DNA from: Octopus sinensis | Taxonomy: Eukaryota | DNA: 64,000 bases | Assembly (NCBI RefSeq): GCF_006345805.1 | Contig: NC_043008.1 | Span: 868,001-932,000 of the forward strand | Direction of reading: 5' to 3' | Shown here: one piece after another, positions 53,165 through 64,000 of the stretch | Layout: every line of letters starts with the position of its first letter | Position numbering within the stretch: the stretch's first letter is position 1 | The notes under the pieces: model-generated | Databases searched by the model: none | Seen by the model: only the letters and a program-made list of their open reading frames with translations | Told to the model about the DNA's origin: nothing | Made by a program: the position numbers and the translations under genes

Positions 53165-53330
53165 GTCGTTTAACACGTTTATATGCACTGATACATTCAC
53201 ATATCAACGTTGCTGAAAGTTCCACGACATCTGAAGCGGGAGCTGCTGAGGGGACTCTGTTGTTTGAGTTTTGTTTTGTCTCACATTTTGTTTGCCTCTT
53301 TGAGACGATTTTCGAGAAAAGTTTGAATAT
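52952..53330. repeat. ~130-bp inverted repeat around an (AT)n spacer
   Basis: 52952-53080 is the reverse complement of 53201-53330 with roughly a dozen differences. Confidence 0.9.
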
Positions 53331-54392
53331 TCCTCGTAACATATTTATTTGAAGAAAATTCTAATTAATCTAAATTGTCAAAACGTATGAGGAAACAAAT
53401 CTGATGTGCAATATTTACCCCTGTACATCCAACCACTCAAATTGTTTTCACATTAAATACCGATATAATCGTAATCTGGACAACCTAGAAGTCCTTTGTT
53501 AGCTCTTCGTTAAAAATACTCAAATTTTCTGGAAGCAATAAGAAAACAAACTTGAGGTAGGCCAATAATCAGAATCTCATATCTGCCCCTCTCTTACAAC
53601 AATCTTTCTCACAATAAATTCCGATAAAATGTTAATCACCACTATCTGAAATGTATTAGTAGAAATGTAATTGAAAATATCTCTTTTTCATAAAGTTATG
53701 ACGGATGGGGGCGGGGAACAGTTATGACCAGTATAAACAAATACTTTTAAAACATTAACCCACAGTAAATGAACGATGCCGCAGTGAATAAAAATTACTT
53801 TTATGGTTTAGTTGCAAACAGAAACTTCACGTTAAAGATGAATGGAAACAATATTTTCATAAAAGTATATTAAGATTGAAATTTATAAGAATTTTCTAGA
53901 GAATGTAGACTTTAATTATTAATTTAATGTTAATGTTAGATGCATATAATCGTTCTGTATTAAAGTTCAGTAATAGACTGGATTATGTCGACTGTTTTCA
54001 GTGATAGATGTTTATGAATCTGTTATGTTGAAAGGAGGTAAAAAAACTTATGTTTCGTTTCTCCTGACTTAAAGAAATGTTCATTTGAAGAAACTATTAA
54101 ATCTTCTTCAGCGAGAGATTTGTTGGAGATCATTTCCCTTTGTTGTAACAGCAATTCCATTTTCGTATTAAACATAAGACATTGAGCTATCTGTCAAAGA
54201 ATATACCATACATAAATAGTGACCGATATCCATAAATATATATCATCTACCTATATTAGAGTTACTTTCGTTTCATAGCCGTGAATGAAAGGACAGAAAA
54301 GAAAAAAAATCTAGATATTACAGACGAGTCATGGGTACAACGTTTTGGTAAGACATAGTTACCGCAGAGCCATGGTCTGGGAAACAATTACT

Positions 54393-54439
<47 letters not shown>

Positions 54440-54610
54440 TATATATATATATATATATACATATATATTATATATATACATATATATATATATATACATA
54501 TATATACATATATATGTATGTGTATATATATATACATATATATATATACACATATATATACATATATACATATACATATATATATATATATATATATAAT
54601 ATATATAATA

Positions 54611-54654
<44 letters not shown>

Positions 54655-55063
54655 ATATGAAAATATATGTACTTGTGTGTGTGTGTGAGAGAGAGAGAGA
54701 AAGATTTATTTCAATAATAGTTCCAACATGTCAGACAGATTGATAAAACAGACGACTGAAGCGCAGACAAGTCTAAACGAATCAAGGACAATATTCATCA
54801 CATGTAACAAAGAAACGTTTATGCGAAGTACGGCTTCGCAATCTAGAATACACTAGCAAATTAAAAATACAGGTAGATATAAAATGTGCATGGCAACACT
54901 TCGAAAGACAAATCAATCAAACTGTCTGGTCTACTTGCGAGATTGACAATTTCTTTTTTATCTGATATAATACAGAGTGAAAGCAGTGACACAAACCTAC
55001 ATCTGAATTAATTACATGCATTCTTCCTCACCATGTTTCTCACTATATATATATATATATATA

Positions 55064-55104
<41 letters not shown>

Positions 55105-55149
55105 CATACATATATATATATATACATACATATATGTATATTATATATG

Positions 55150-55181
<32 letters not shown>

Positions 55182-55288
55182 ACATATATATATACATATA
55201 TAATATATATATATACATATATATATACATTATATATATACATATATATATACATATATATACATTATATATATACATATTTACATAT

Positions 55289-55321
<33 letters not shown>

Positions 55322-56581
55322 TAATATATATATATATATATTTATATGCATTACGTGTACATAAAATAAAGCAAAACAATTATGTCTGCCTGTGTGTGGA
55401 GTGTTTGTGGAAGAAGGTAAATAAAATGATTGAATGCCTCAATAGAATGCGTAACTAGATATTTTACAAATACAAAAACACAAGGGAAAAAATACTTATA
55501 TATAAAGACAGACTTACATACAAATGTGCAGGCACATTTACAAACCAGCGTGGCACGCTCGTACACTGAGACACACATTTAGAACCACATACATGTGTTC
55601 CAGTTTTTACACCTTCTACATATACATATATCTATATTTGTGTGTTTGTGTGTGTGTGTGTGTGTTGTGTGTGTGTGTATTTGTTTGTCTGTATATATTT
55701 TTCATTGTGTCCCATATCTGAAAGAAGGAAACTGTCAAGTTATCTATCCGTTCAAACGTACCACCACCCAACTTCTAATTAACAAATTAATTTTTTGTAG
55801 CAGTGTTTAGAATATAAAAAAAATTCTACGCAAGAATGTCCCACAATATGACAGCACTACTTTCTGCAGATTGCTATTATTCGATATCATTGAAATGGTT
55901 CACGAATATAGGAAAGTAATATATGAAATTTAAGACCTCTAATGTAATAACCATGTAAGAATATCCCTGCAGAAATAACAAATGTTGAGTGTACAACAGT
56001 CTACTGAATAACTGCATAATTAGGGATCCAGTGTATAATATGAATTATAATGGAATGTTAATGCAAGGGAAACCGAAGCTAAGTGTATAGGCGGAAAAAC
56101 CTGCTGTATATTTGAAAGGATGTGATAACACAGGCGTGAATCGCATAAAAAGAAACTGGCAGCTATTGTGTACCAACTACTATGAAAACAATGTAATAAT
56201 ACACATATTTTGTTGATTAGTAATTTTTTTTTCGTACACGGCAGTTTACAGATGAAGTGAAAATAGGGGAATGAGATTCAGACACCAAACTCAGTAAGGA
56301 AAATGAATGAGAATATATAAGAATTATGCTGCACAAGCCACGCACCCAAAACTACCACGGACGTAACCATGACCTATCCAAGAGTCGGTCACTACTCACA
56401 CACACACACACACACACACATACACATACGCACACATAGGAACATAAACAAATACCAATCTCCACTAATCAAGCAACAAAATACACACAACAATACATAC
56501 ATATATACATACATACATGCATACGCACACAAATATATATGTATATACATGAATATATATATGTATATATATGCATATATG

Positions 56582-56638
<57 letters not shown>

Positions 56639-57039
56639 GATATGACCAATAGGACAATAGGACAATAGGACCACTGACCAATGAGTCTGCCAATACAGAG
56701 AAACCTCTTCTATGTCGACGTCAACAATTCTGTCGTTACCATTCTCAACTCTAGATTTGGCCATGCTTGGGCATTGACCTGAAAAATTTAAGTAGAACTT
56801 ACCCACCCTTGTATTTACTTTATTTTTAATCATGATACATATTCAACCGGGCTTTGTGCCTGTTATGTGGACTTAAAAACACCAACATCGGTTGTCAGAC
56901 AGAAAGACACACAAGCACACTCGCACACACGCACGCACACACACTCACACACACTCACACAGACACACACACGCACACACTTCCACACGCACGCACAAAC
57001 ATACACATATACACACACACAGACGTTTATATGAATACG

Positions 57040-57192
57040 TCGGGTTTCTTTCAGATTCTCTCTGGTAGTCATAAAACTTTTCTCTGCTCGAGTCCATAGT
57101 ACAAGACACCTCCCCAAGTTGCCAAGCAGTGAGACTCAACTCGAACCATGAGGTTGCGAAGCAAACGTCTTAACAGACACCCACACCTACGC

Positions 57193-57193
<1 letters not shown>
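57040..57193 (-). mobile_element. Family-2 SINE, degraded
   Basis: GTTTCTTTCAG, AAGACAC..CCAAG and GAACCATG..GCAAGC-like motifs. Confidence 0.55.
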
Positions 57194-57227
<34 letters not shown>

Positions 57228-57247
57228 TGTGTGTGTGTGTGTGTGTA

Positions 57248-57279
<32 letters not shown>

Positions 57280-58852
57280 CCTGTGTTTGCTGTAAGGGAA
57301 TCACTACGATGTAATTACCCGTTTCATAAAACTTGTGTAGATAAGACAAAGTGCGAATGTGGCAATAGTAGTTTGAGCTGATGAAAATGGCGGCTAAATT
57401 TCCCTCGAGTTACAGTCAATGGACTCGATGGAACCTGGGGTTCATTATGATCCTATAATTCAAGATACATAAGGTGTGAATAAAGTAATGAGATTGCCAC
57501 GGATTAAAATATCTTAGATTATATGTCAGCCTAAAGCCGGGTTGAACCAGATATAGCCAACATTAGCAGTAACAAGTAGAAAAAGAAAATAGGAACAATA
57601 AATTATTTGAAACGAATTGTATAAAAGTTTTTGGTAGCTTTTCGCTATTTTAATTACCTGGATATTATTCGTAATAATTTCCAAATGACGATACTGCAAA
57701 TGACCTCAGAATATTTTATTAGTGACGAATAGCTAAATGAGCTAATTCTAATTTCCACCATCATCATCATCATGATCATCCTCCTCATCATCATCGTCAC
57801 CATCATCATCCTCATCATCATCATCATCATCATCATCATTTGGAATGAAATTGATAGCGATCATTAATTAACAAAAAAATAATATTATCGAAGAATTTTT
57901 AACAAATATTATTTTGTCTTTGTCATTTAATGCTAATTTCGTAACATTGTTACAAAGGCACGCATTTATGATTGCGTGAGAAGTGTTGTCGCATACATCG
58001 AAGATAATGCTGTGACGAAACTTATTTATCGGCTTCAGTCGGATGAAGGTTAAAGTTGGTGGCTGCGAGATTTCAGTTAAAAGCATAAAAGGTCCTAATT
58101 AAATATCGCAAAGCAATTTGTTTCATGCTGTAACGATTGTGTTTCATTCACAGCCCTCTGTGAGCTTTCTAGAATAAGAACGAGACATGATACTTGGGGC
58201 GGGTATCAGCCGACATCACTGACCCCAATCCTGGAATGATGCGTCACTTTATCGAACTTGGAAGGATGAAAGGGAAAATTGATCGACTCGATTAAAACTA
58301 AGATTATAAAGAACCAGAAAAATGACATATGGTGATATGCTCACCCAGATAATCCTCTTCTATTTCTGAAATACTTTATTATGTATATCCTTAGATAGGG
58401 GTATATGAATTCACTGATTAAGGAAAAAGCCTCAAAAACTTGTCAATGTTCTGTTAAAACGTTTCACCAGTAAAATCGAAGGATTAAACATTTCGTCATT
58501 ATATAGTCGATTCCGAGTTGTTCGTTTGATCTCAGTGACAAACGTAAGCGTAACTTCAATTGTTAACTTTCATAATCAGATTAACGGATGTTTAGAGTTA
58601 GATCATCTGCGAATATTTGGCAGATTTGTACCTGTGTATATACTGAGATGGGTATGTAATTGCAATCAACAGCATTACCACCCGTTAATGTCTTATACTG
58701 ATTAGAGTTGATTTGCTTTTTTTTATAATTAATTGTGCTCATTGTGTAATTTTATGTATTCCATTATTTTAAACGGTTTATTCATGCATATTTTCGCAAA
58801 ATATTTCAGCGGCCCTCTTTTCTTTTTCATATATTAATCTTTTTTTTTTCAG

Positions 58853-58990
58853 GTGCCGCATCATCAACATCCTCATTATCATCAGACTCTCTTTAGGATC
58901 TCAAGGCATCGCAAGAGCAGTCCGGGTATATTTTATTGTGTTTGAGATGTCTTTACCTCTAAATCTCAGTAACCTGTTATCACAATTGAA
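58853..58990 (+). other. Possible host-gene exon (splice acceptor), product unknown
   Basis: Strong polypyrimidine acceptor TTTTTTTTTTCAG|G at 58852/58853, followed by about 800 bp of non-repetitive sequence. No recognisable protein motif. Confidence 0.3.
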
Positions 58991-60934
58991 ACGAAGAAGG
59001 TGAACCAGTAGCCCTTTTGATGCTCTTTCTGGCATCAACCTGACTGTTAGGAACAGCATATAATAATCTGCTCAGCATGTTCAAATGGTCTGATTGTTTG
59101 GATAAATAAAAGGAAGAGTAAAATGACATTTTCAGTAACGCTGATATGGAGACAACCGAAGGATCACTTAACAGACTATCATTTCTGCATGGAGAATGTA
59201 TTTCAGTTTAGTGCTAAATCCAAGCATAACATTGAATATCCCACCTTGAAATAAGCAAGAAGAAAAAATGTTACACAAAGATGATGACATTCCTATTCCA
59301 GTACCACCGGAGAAACGGTTTCAAGTGTCTAACGATAAAGTACTTCCTGGAGAGACTACTACTTATATGGAAGAAACGAGAGTGGATGCATATCATGTGC
59401 TGAAAATGATGAAGAACCACAGGCATTTTGATTTTGTACATTGAACAAAATATCATGAAATATGTCATATCTTGTATTCATTATATCCAACACAGATTTG
59501 CTTTACATAAGCTCCACAAGAAAGCAACAGCTATCGGTAAAAATAAAATGGGACCCGATAGAGAAAAACTGACTTCAGAGGCGCAATCAGCAACAGAAAG
59601 TGACATAAAAAACGTCAATTTGCAACTCAGATTATTGAAAAAAAATCTCTGTTAGTTGACCAGCAGTCTTATTTACAATAGGTTTAAAGAAAGAAAAAAC
59701 AACAAAACACCTCCCACCAAAAAAAAAAAAAAAAAATCAGTTAGTCCAAAGTTTGACTTGAGGTTAAAAAAACGGTGCCAATAATATCAACAACTGTTAT
59801 AATCATTTCTGTTATAGGCACAAGGTGGAAAATTTGGAGCGATTAGGCTGGTCAATGAAATCGCACCCCGTTCGTAAAACGTGTTTATTTTATCGGCCTC
59901 CAAAAGAAAAAAATATCGATGCCGGTTTTAATGGAATTTGAGTTCAGAACGCAATAGGTCAGAACAAATGATAGTTCACCGACTGATAAAGAATAATAAT
60001 AGCAATCACAACGATAATCATGTTTTATGTTCTTAGGGTTGGATTGAGAGAAATATCAAATTGATAAAGAAGGATCCAGGGAAAAATCTAGTACAAATAT
60101 AATAAATTATATTACCATGATAAGGAGAAAGCTATATTTTCGGACATAGGCCTCTCATCCGGGAGAGAGAGACAAAGAAAGAGAGCTTGACAAACATATG
60201 TATATATATGAGAAATATTTTGACACAGTCCGTTATAACTGGACTGGTTGTAATTATAACGAAAGACAAAAATACAGGATATTACAGGATAAAGAGAAAG
60301 GTGGAAATAACATAACAAAAAAAATAAGAATGGGAACACCACGGTTGAAATAACAGTAAAATAACAATGCTGGCAAATTTGAGGAAATTAGAAGCCTTGG
60401 GTTTTAAATTTCTATTTATTATTTCATTTATTTACTTTTTCGTTTATTTTGTAAATTTGTTAGAGCAGTTTGTTCGCCGGAATAATGTCTTCGTGATCTT
60501 CGTGGCTTGTGTTCAAATCTTGCTCGTATCAGATTTGTCTTTTGTTAATATAAGCCAGTAGAATAATCATTGAGACCACTTGATTGACGAAATCCTAAAA
60601 AAATTTTCAATCTTTCAGGTATGTTAGATATTCTTGTTATTGCCTTATATAATTTGGCCGACCCGGGGTAATGCGAGAAGATGTCTCTAAACGCTGCGTC
60701 GCTGACGATGTGGATCCGAAATCATGTGGCTGGAAAGTAAACACCAAACTATGCAGCCACGCACGCGCCTGTTCAAATTTCCATTTCATTAAGATCAATA
60801 ATCAATAATATTTTTTCTTTCATTTGAATTTTAAAAGAGAGACAATATAATTTCTTGTATAGATATTAGCATTATATCAAAACGATGAGTTTCTTGTTTT
60901 TTTGACTCCGAAGAGAGATAATTCTCAAAGCTGA

Positions 60935-61160
60935 CCTCGTGGGGATTTGAACTGACTAATATCGGTTTCCAAAATTTGGTACAAGACCAGCAATTTCGGT
61001 GCAAGTGATAATTGGATTGCATCGACCCCAGTATATAACTGGTACTTTATCGACTCTGAAAAGATGGAAGGTAAAATCTATCACGTCGGCATTTGAACCC
61101 AGAACGTAAAGACGTTCACCATTTTGTCAGCGTGCTATCATTTCTGCTAGCTCGCCGCCT
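60935..61160 (-). mobile_element. Family-1 SINE
   Basis: ATCGACCCCAGT..ATCGACTCTGAAAAGATG..GCTCGCCGCC. Confidence 0.78.
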
Positions 61161-61309
61161 CAAGCTGAATTAGAATTAGAATTCAATGAGATCCCGGTTC
61201 TTCCTTCTTACTCCAGCTGTCCTTACTCTCCCAATCACTCTGAATTCTTATTCTAGTCGCTACTATTGTTGTTATTACCGCTTACACTCATGATAATGCC
61301 AGCACAGAC

Positions 61310-61743
61310 AAATTACTTCTTCTTCTTCTTCTTCTCTTCTTCTTCTTCTTCTTCTTCTTCTTCTTCTCCTCCTCCTCCTTCTTCTTCTTCTTCTTCTTCT
61401 TCTCCCCTTCTTCTTCTTCTTCTTCTTCTTCTTCTCCTTCTTCTTTTTCTTCTTCTTCTTCTTTTTCTTCATTTTCTTCTTCTACTTCTACTTCTACATC
61501 TTCTTCCCCTCTTCTTCTTTTTCTTCATTTTCTTCTTCTTCTTCTTCTTTCTCTTCTTCTTCTTCTCCTTCTTCTTCTTCTTTTTCTTCATTTTCTTTTT
61601 CTACTTCTACTTCTACTTCTTCTTCCCCTCTTCTTCTTTTTCTTCATTATCTTCTTCTTCTTCTTCTTTCTCTTCTTCTTCTTCTTCTTCTTCTTCTTCT
61701 CATTCTTCTTCTTCTTCTTCTTTTAATTCGCCTCATTGACCTA

Positions 61744-61775
<32 letters not shown>

Positions 61776-62717
61776 TATACTTCTCCTTTTTTCTTCTTCT
61801 TCCCCTCCTTCTCCTCACCACCCCCGCTTCCTTCTTCTTTTTCTTCTTATTTCCACGACCTCTACTTTCATTATCATCGTCTTCCTTCATTATCTTAATC
61901 ATCATCAACATCCCCATCATCATCGTAATCATCCTCTTCTTCATCCTCCTCCTCCTCCTCCTCATGATCGTAATCATCCTCCTCCCCCTCCTCATCTACT
62001 GCAGCTACTTCCTCCTCTCCCAAACACCTTCCCGAACAAATTTTAAATGCTTAAAGATGTTCTTAACAGCTTCTGTGATTTTTCAGCCAGCGAATCAATT
62101 AAGACGAATCAATACATAATTTATTGGATATGAGTCATTGTGCGAGAGAAAATATTCACATCCATTCTTGCAGATAAGGTATTCATTCACAAGTTGAACA
62201 ATGCCAAGTGCCTATACAAGTTAACTTAATTGTTTAACTGATGCAACACACGCACACACAAACACACACACACACACACACACACGCATATACGTATACA
62301 GAAATAACCACCCGCATACTCAGGCGCAAACACACACAAACAAATGTAAAGCATAACAAAAAATAGAAACAATCAATAAATAAAATTATGTCTTAAGTGA
62401 CGAGTTTTATTATATTACGTAATTTTAGCAAATGATGAAGTTATGAAGGTGAATTTATAATTTTTTTCCCCACTAACTTGTTTTTTCCTTTGTTGTTTTA
62501 GCTGATCATCATTATCATCATCGTCATCTTCTTCTTCTTCTTCTTCATTTTCTTCTTTTCTACCCCTTCTTCTTCTTCATTTTCTTCTTCTTCTTCTTCT
62601 ACTTCTACTTCTTCTTCCTCCTTTTCTTCTACTTCTATTTCTTCATTTTCTTCTTCCATTTCTACTTCTTCATTTTCTTCTTCTACTACCTCTTCTTCTT
62701 CTTCCTCTTCTACCTCG

Positions 62718-62749
<32 letters not shown>

Positions 62750-62850
62750 TACTTCCTCGTCTTCTTCTTCTTCTTCTTCTTCTTCTTCTTCTTCCTCGTC
62801 TTCTTCTTCTTCTTCTTCTTCTCTTCTTCTTCTCCTCCTTCTTCTCAATA
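61310..62850. repeat. Dense (CTT)n/(CAT)n/(CCT)n triplet-repeat cluster
   Basis: Tracts at 61310-61730, 61745-62000 and 62505-62850. Confidence 0.92.
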
Positions 62851-62894
62851 TTATTACTATTAATGTTAATATTAATACGCCTGCTGTAGCTGTT

Positions 62895-63105
62895 AAAGCG
62901 GCGTGCTGGTAGAATCGTTTTTACGCCGGATGAGAAGCTTATAGGTATGTCATTCGTCTCTACGTTCTGAGTTCAAATTCCTTCAAAGTCGACTTTGCAT
63001 TCATCCATTCCGAGTCGATAAAATAAATACTAGTTGAATACTGAGGTCAATGCAATCGACTTCGCCCTTCATTAATATTGCTGGCCTTGTGCTAAAATTA
63101 TTTGA
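62895..63105 (+). mobile_element. Family-1 SINE with a triplet tail
   Basis: GTTCTGAGTTCAAATTCC..GTCGACTTTGC.TTCATCC..GTCGATAAA. Confidence 0.8.
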
Positions 63106-63166
63106 AATCATAATAATAATAATAATGATGATAATAATAATAATAATAATAATAATAATTGTTATC

Positions 63167-63223
<57 letters not shown>

Positions 63224-63625
63224 TTCTTGCCAAGTAGTAGTGGTGTACTTTGGAACACGCTACGTGTGTATGGGTTATAATTGTTGCTTTCACTCTTCCG
63301 TTATCGTTTTATGTGCTAAAGTTTTGTAAAGATCTATTATTAAGAACGCCAGGTATCACTTGGATGGTGTAATATGGCCGATTATTGCCTCTTATGAGGC
63401 AATATTTTCCACGCTTAGTTAGGTTCTTTCTTAAAAAAGTAAATACATATACAAGATGTAGTCATTAAGTGCCATCATAGGAGCATTAAATGGGAGTAAT
63501 TTTATTCCCACCAGCCAACCTATGGACGAAAACTTTCCTCCTCTCCCGTAACTCACTCCTCTTTAAAACCCACGAGTCGAAGTTCGATCATGGCAGCAGA
63601 TATTTCAGATATTCTCATTTTAAAA

Positions 63626-63700
63626 ATCACCTCCGGCTAATCGTAGGGAGGACGTTGGTTTTGCCTTGGCGGAGGTTTGCACTCTCTGAGTGCACCTGTA
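63626..63700 (+). mobile_element. Miniature Helentron/DINE-type (HINE) element
   Basis: Subterminal IR ACCTCCG (63629-63635) / CGGAGGT (63670-63676), internal IR CCTCC/GGAGG (63630-63651), 3' hairpin TGCACTC-TCT-GAGTGCA (63678-63694), T-rich flanks. Confidence 0.5.
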
Positions 63701-64000
63701 TTTTAATTGTTATTCATCACTATACATTAAAAACTTTCTCTGTAGTTACACCTTCCTTCGAATGTTCCACTCATCTACCCGCAACTAATTCTCCAATAGA
63801 GCGTTCATGTATTGTATATAGTATTGAGATGCGTTAGGAATAATATCAGATTCAATAGTGTTCATTGCTGGCACGTTTTCTGTTAGAAGCTAGCAAGTGA
63901 GGATCTTTAGGAAGCGGGATCTTTAGGTGGGGCAAACTTTTAAGAAGACCCCATTTCTAAACAATACCTTACCTCATTTTCCCACGGAACTGACATTAAA

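Noticed and set aside
56690-56830. KFYLNFSG reading on minus resembling PLE RT (FY.Q..G.AMG)
   Set aside because: A single weak motif with no supporting neighbours.
60125-60165. HHR-like GGATGA-GAGGCCTATGTCC-GAAA on minus
   Set aside because: The core is mutated (CUGAUGA reads CGGAUGA) and there is no helix I or III pairing; at best a dead PLE relic.
60700-60730. CTGACGA-TGTGGATCC-GAAA on plus
   Set aside because: No NUH cleavage site or helix I partner downstream.
62498-62848. Poly-Glu acidic ORF on minus (also the poly-Ser/Leu/Phe ORFs at 36768, 61266 and 61736)
   Set aside because: Triplet repeats lack stops in several frames by construction; no splice or domain support.

Overview
Eukaryotic, repeat-dominated, AT-rich DNA, most likely an intron or intergenic region of an octopus-like cephalopod (inferred from the SINE families and the extreme microsatellite load; not verified). 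I found no intact host gene, rRNA, true tRNA or CRISPR array, and most ORF-track entries are translations of microsatellites. Recognisable content: (1) four copies of one Tx1-clade (L1 superfamily) LINE whose eight junctions all abut (CTAT)n in the same relative orientation; (2) a decayed mariner; (3) Penelope-like element (PLE) remnants; (4) CR1-like, R4/Dong-like and very old L1-like LINE fragments; (5) many tRNA-derived SINEs from three families; (6) several hammerhead-ribozyme (HHR) motifs, including a two-copy family with an enlarged helix II and compensatory helix I changes; (7) local inverted and tandem duplications and a ~75-bp Helentron-type mini-element. Best leads: a GATA/CTAT-microsatellite-targeting Tx1 family and the long-helix-II hammerhead family. 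All alignments and translations were done by eye, so coordinates of degraded elements are approximate.
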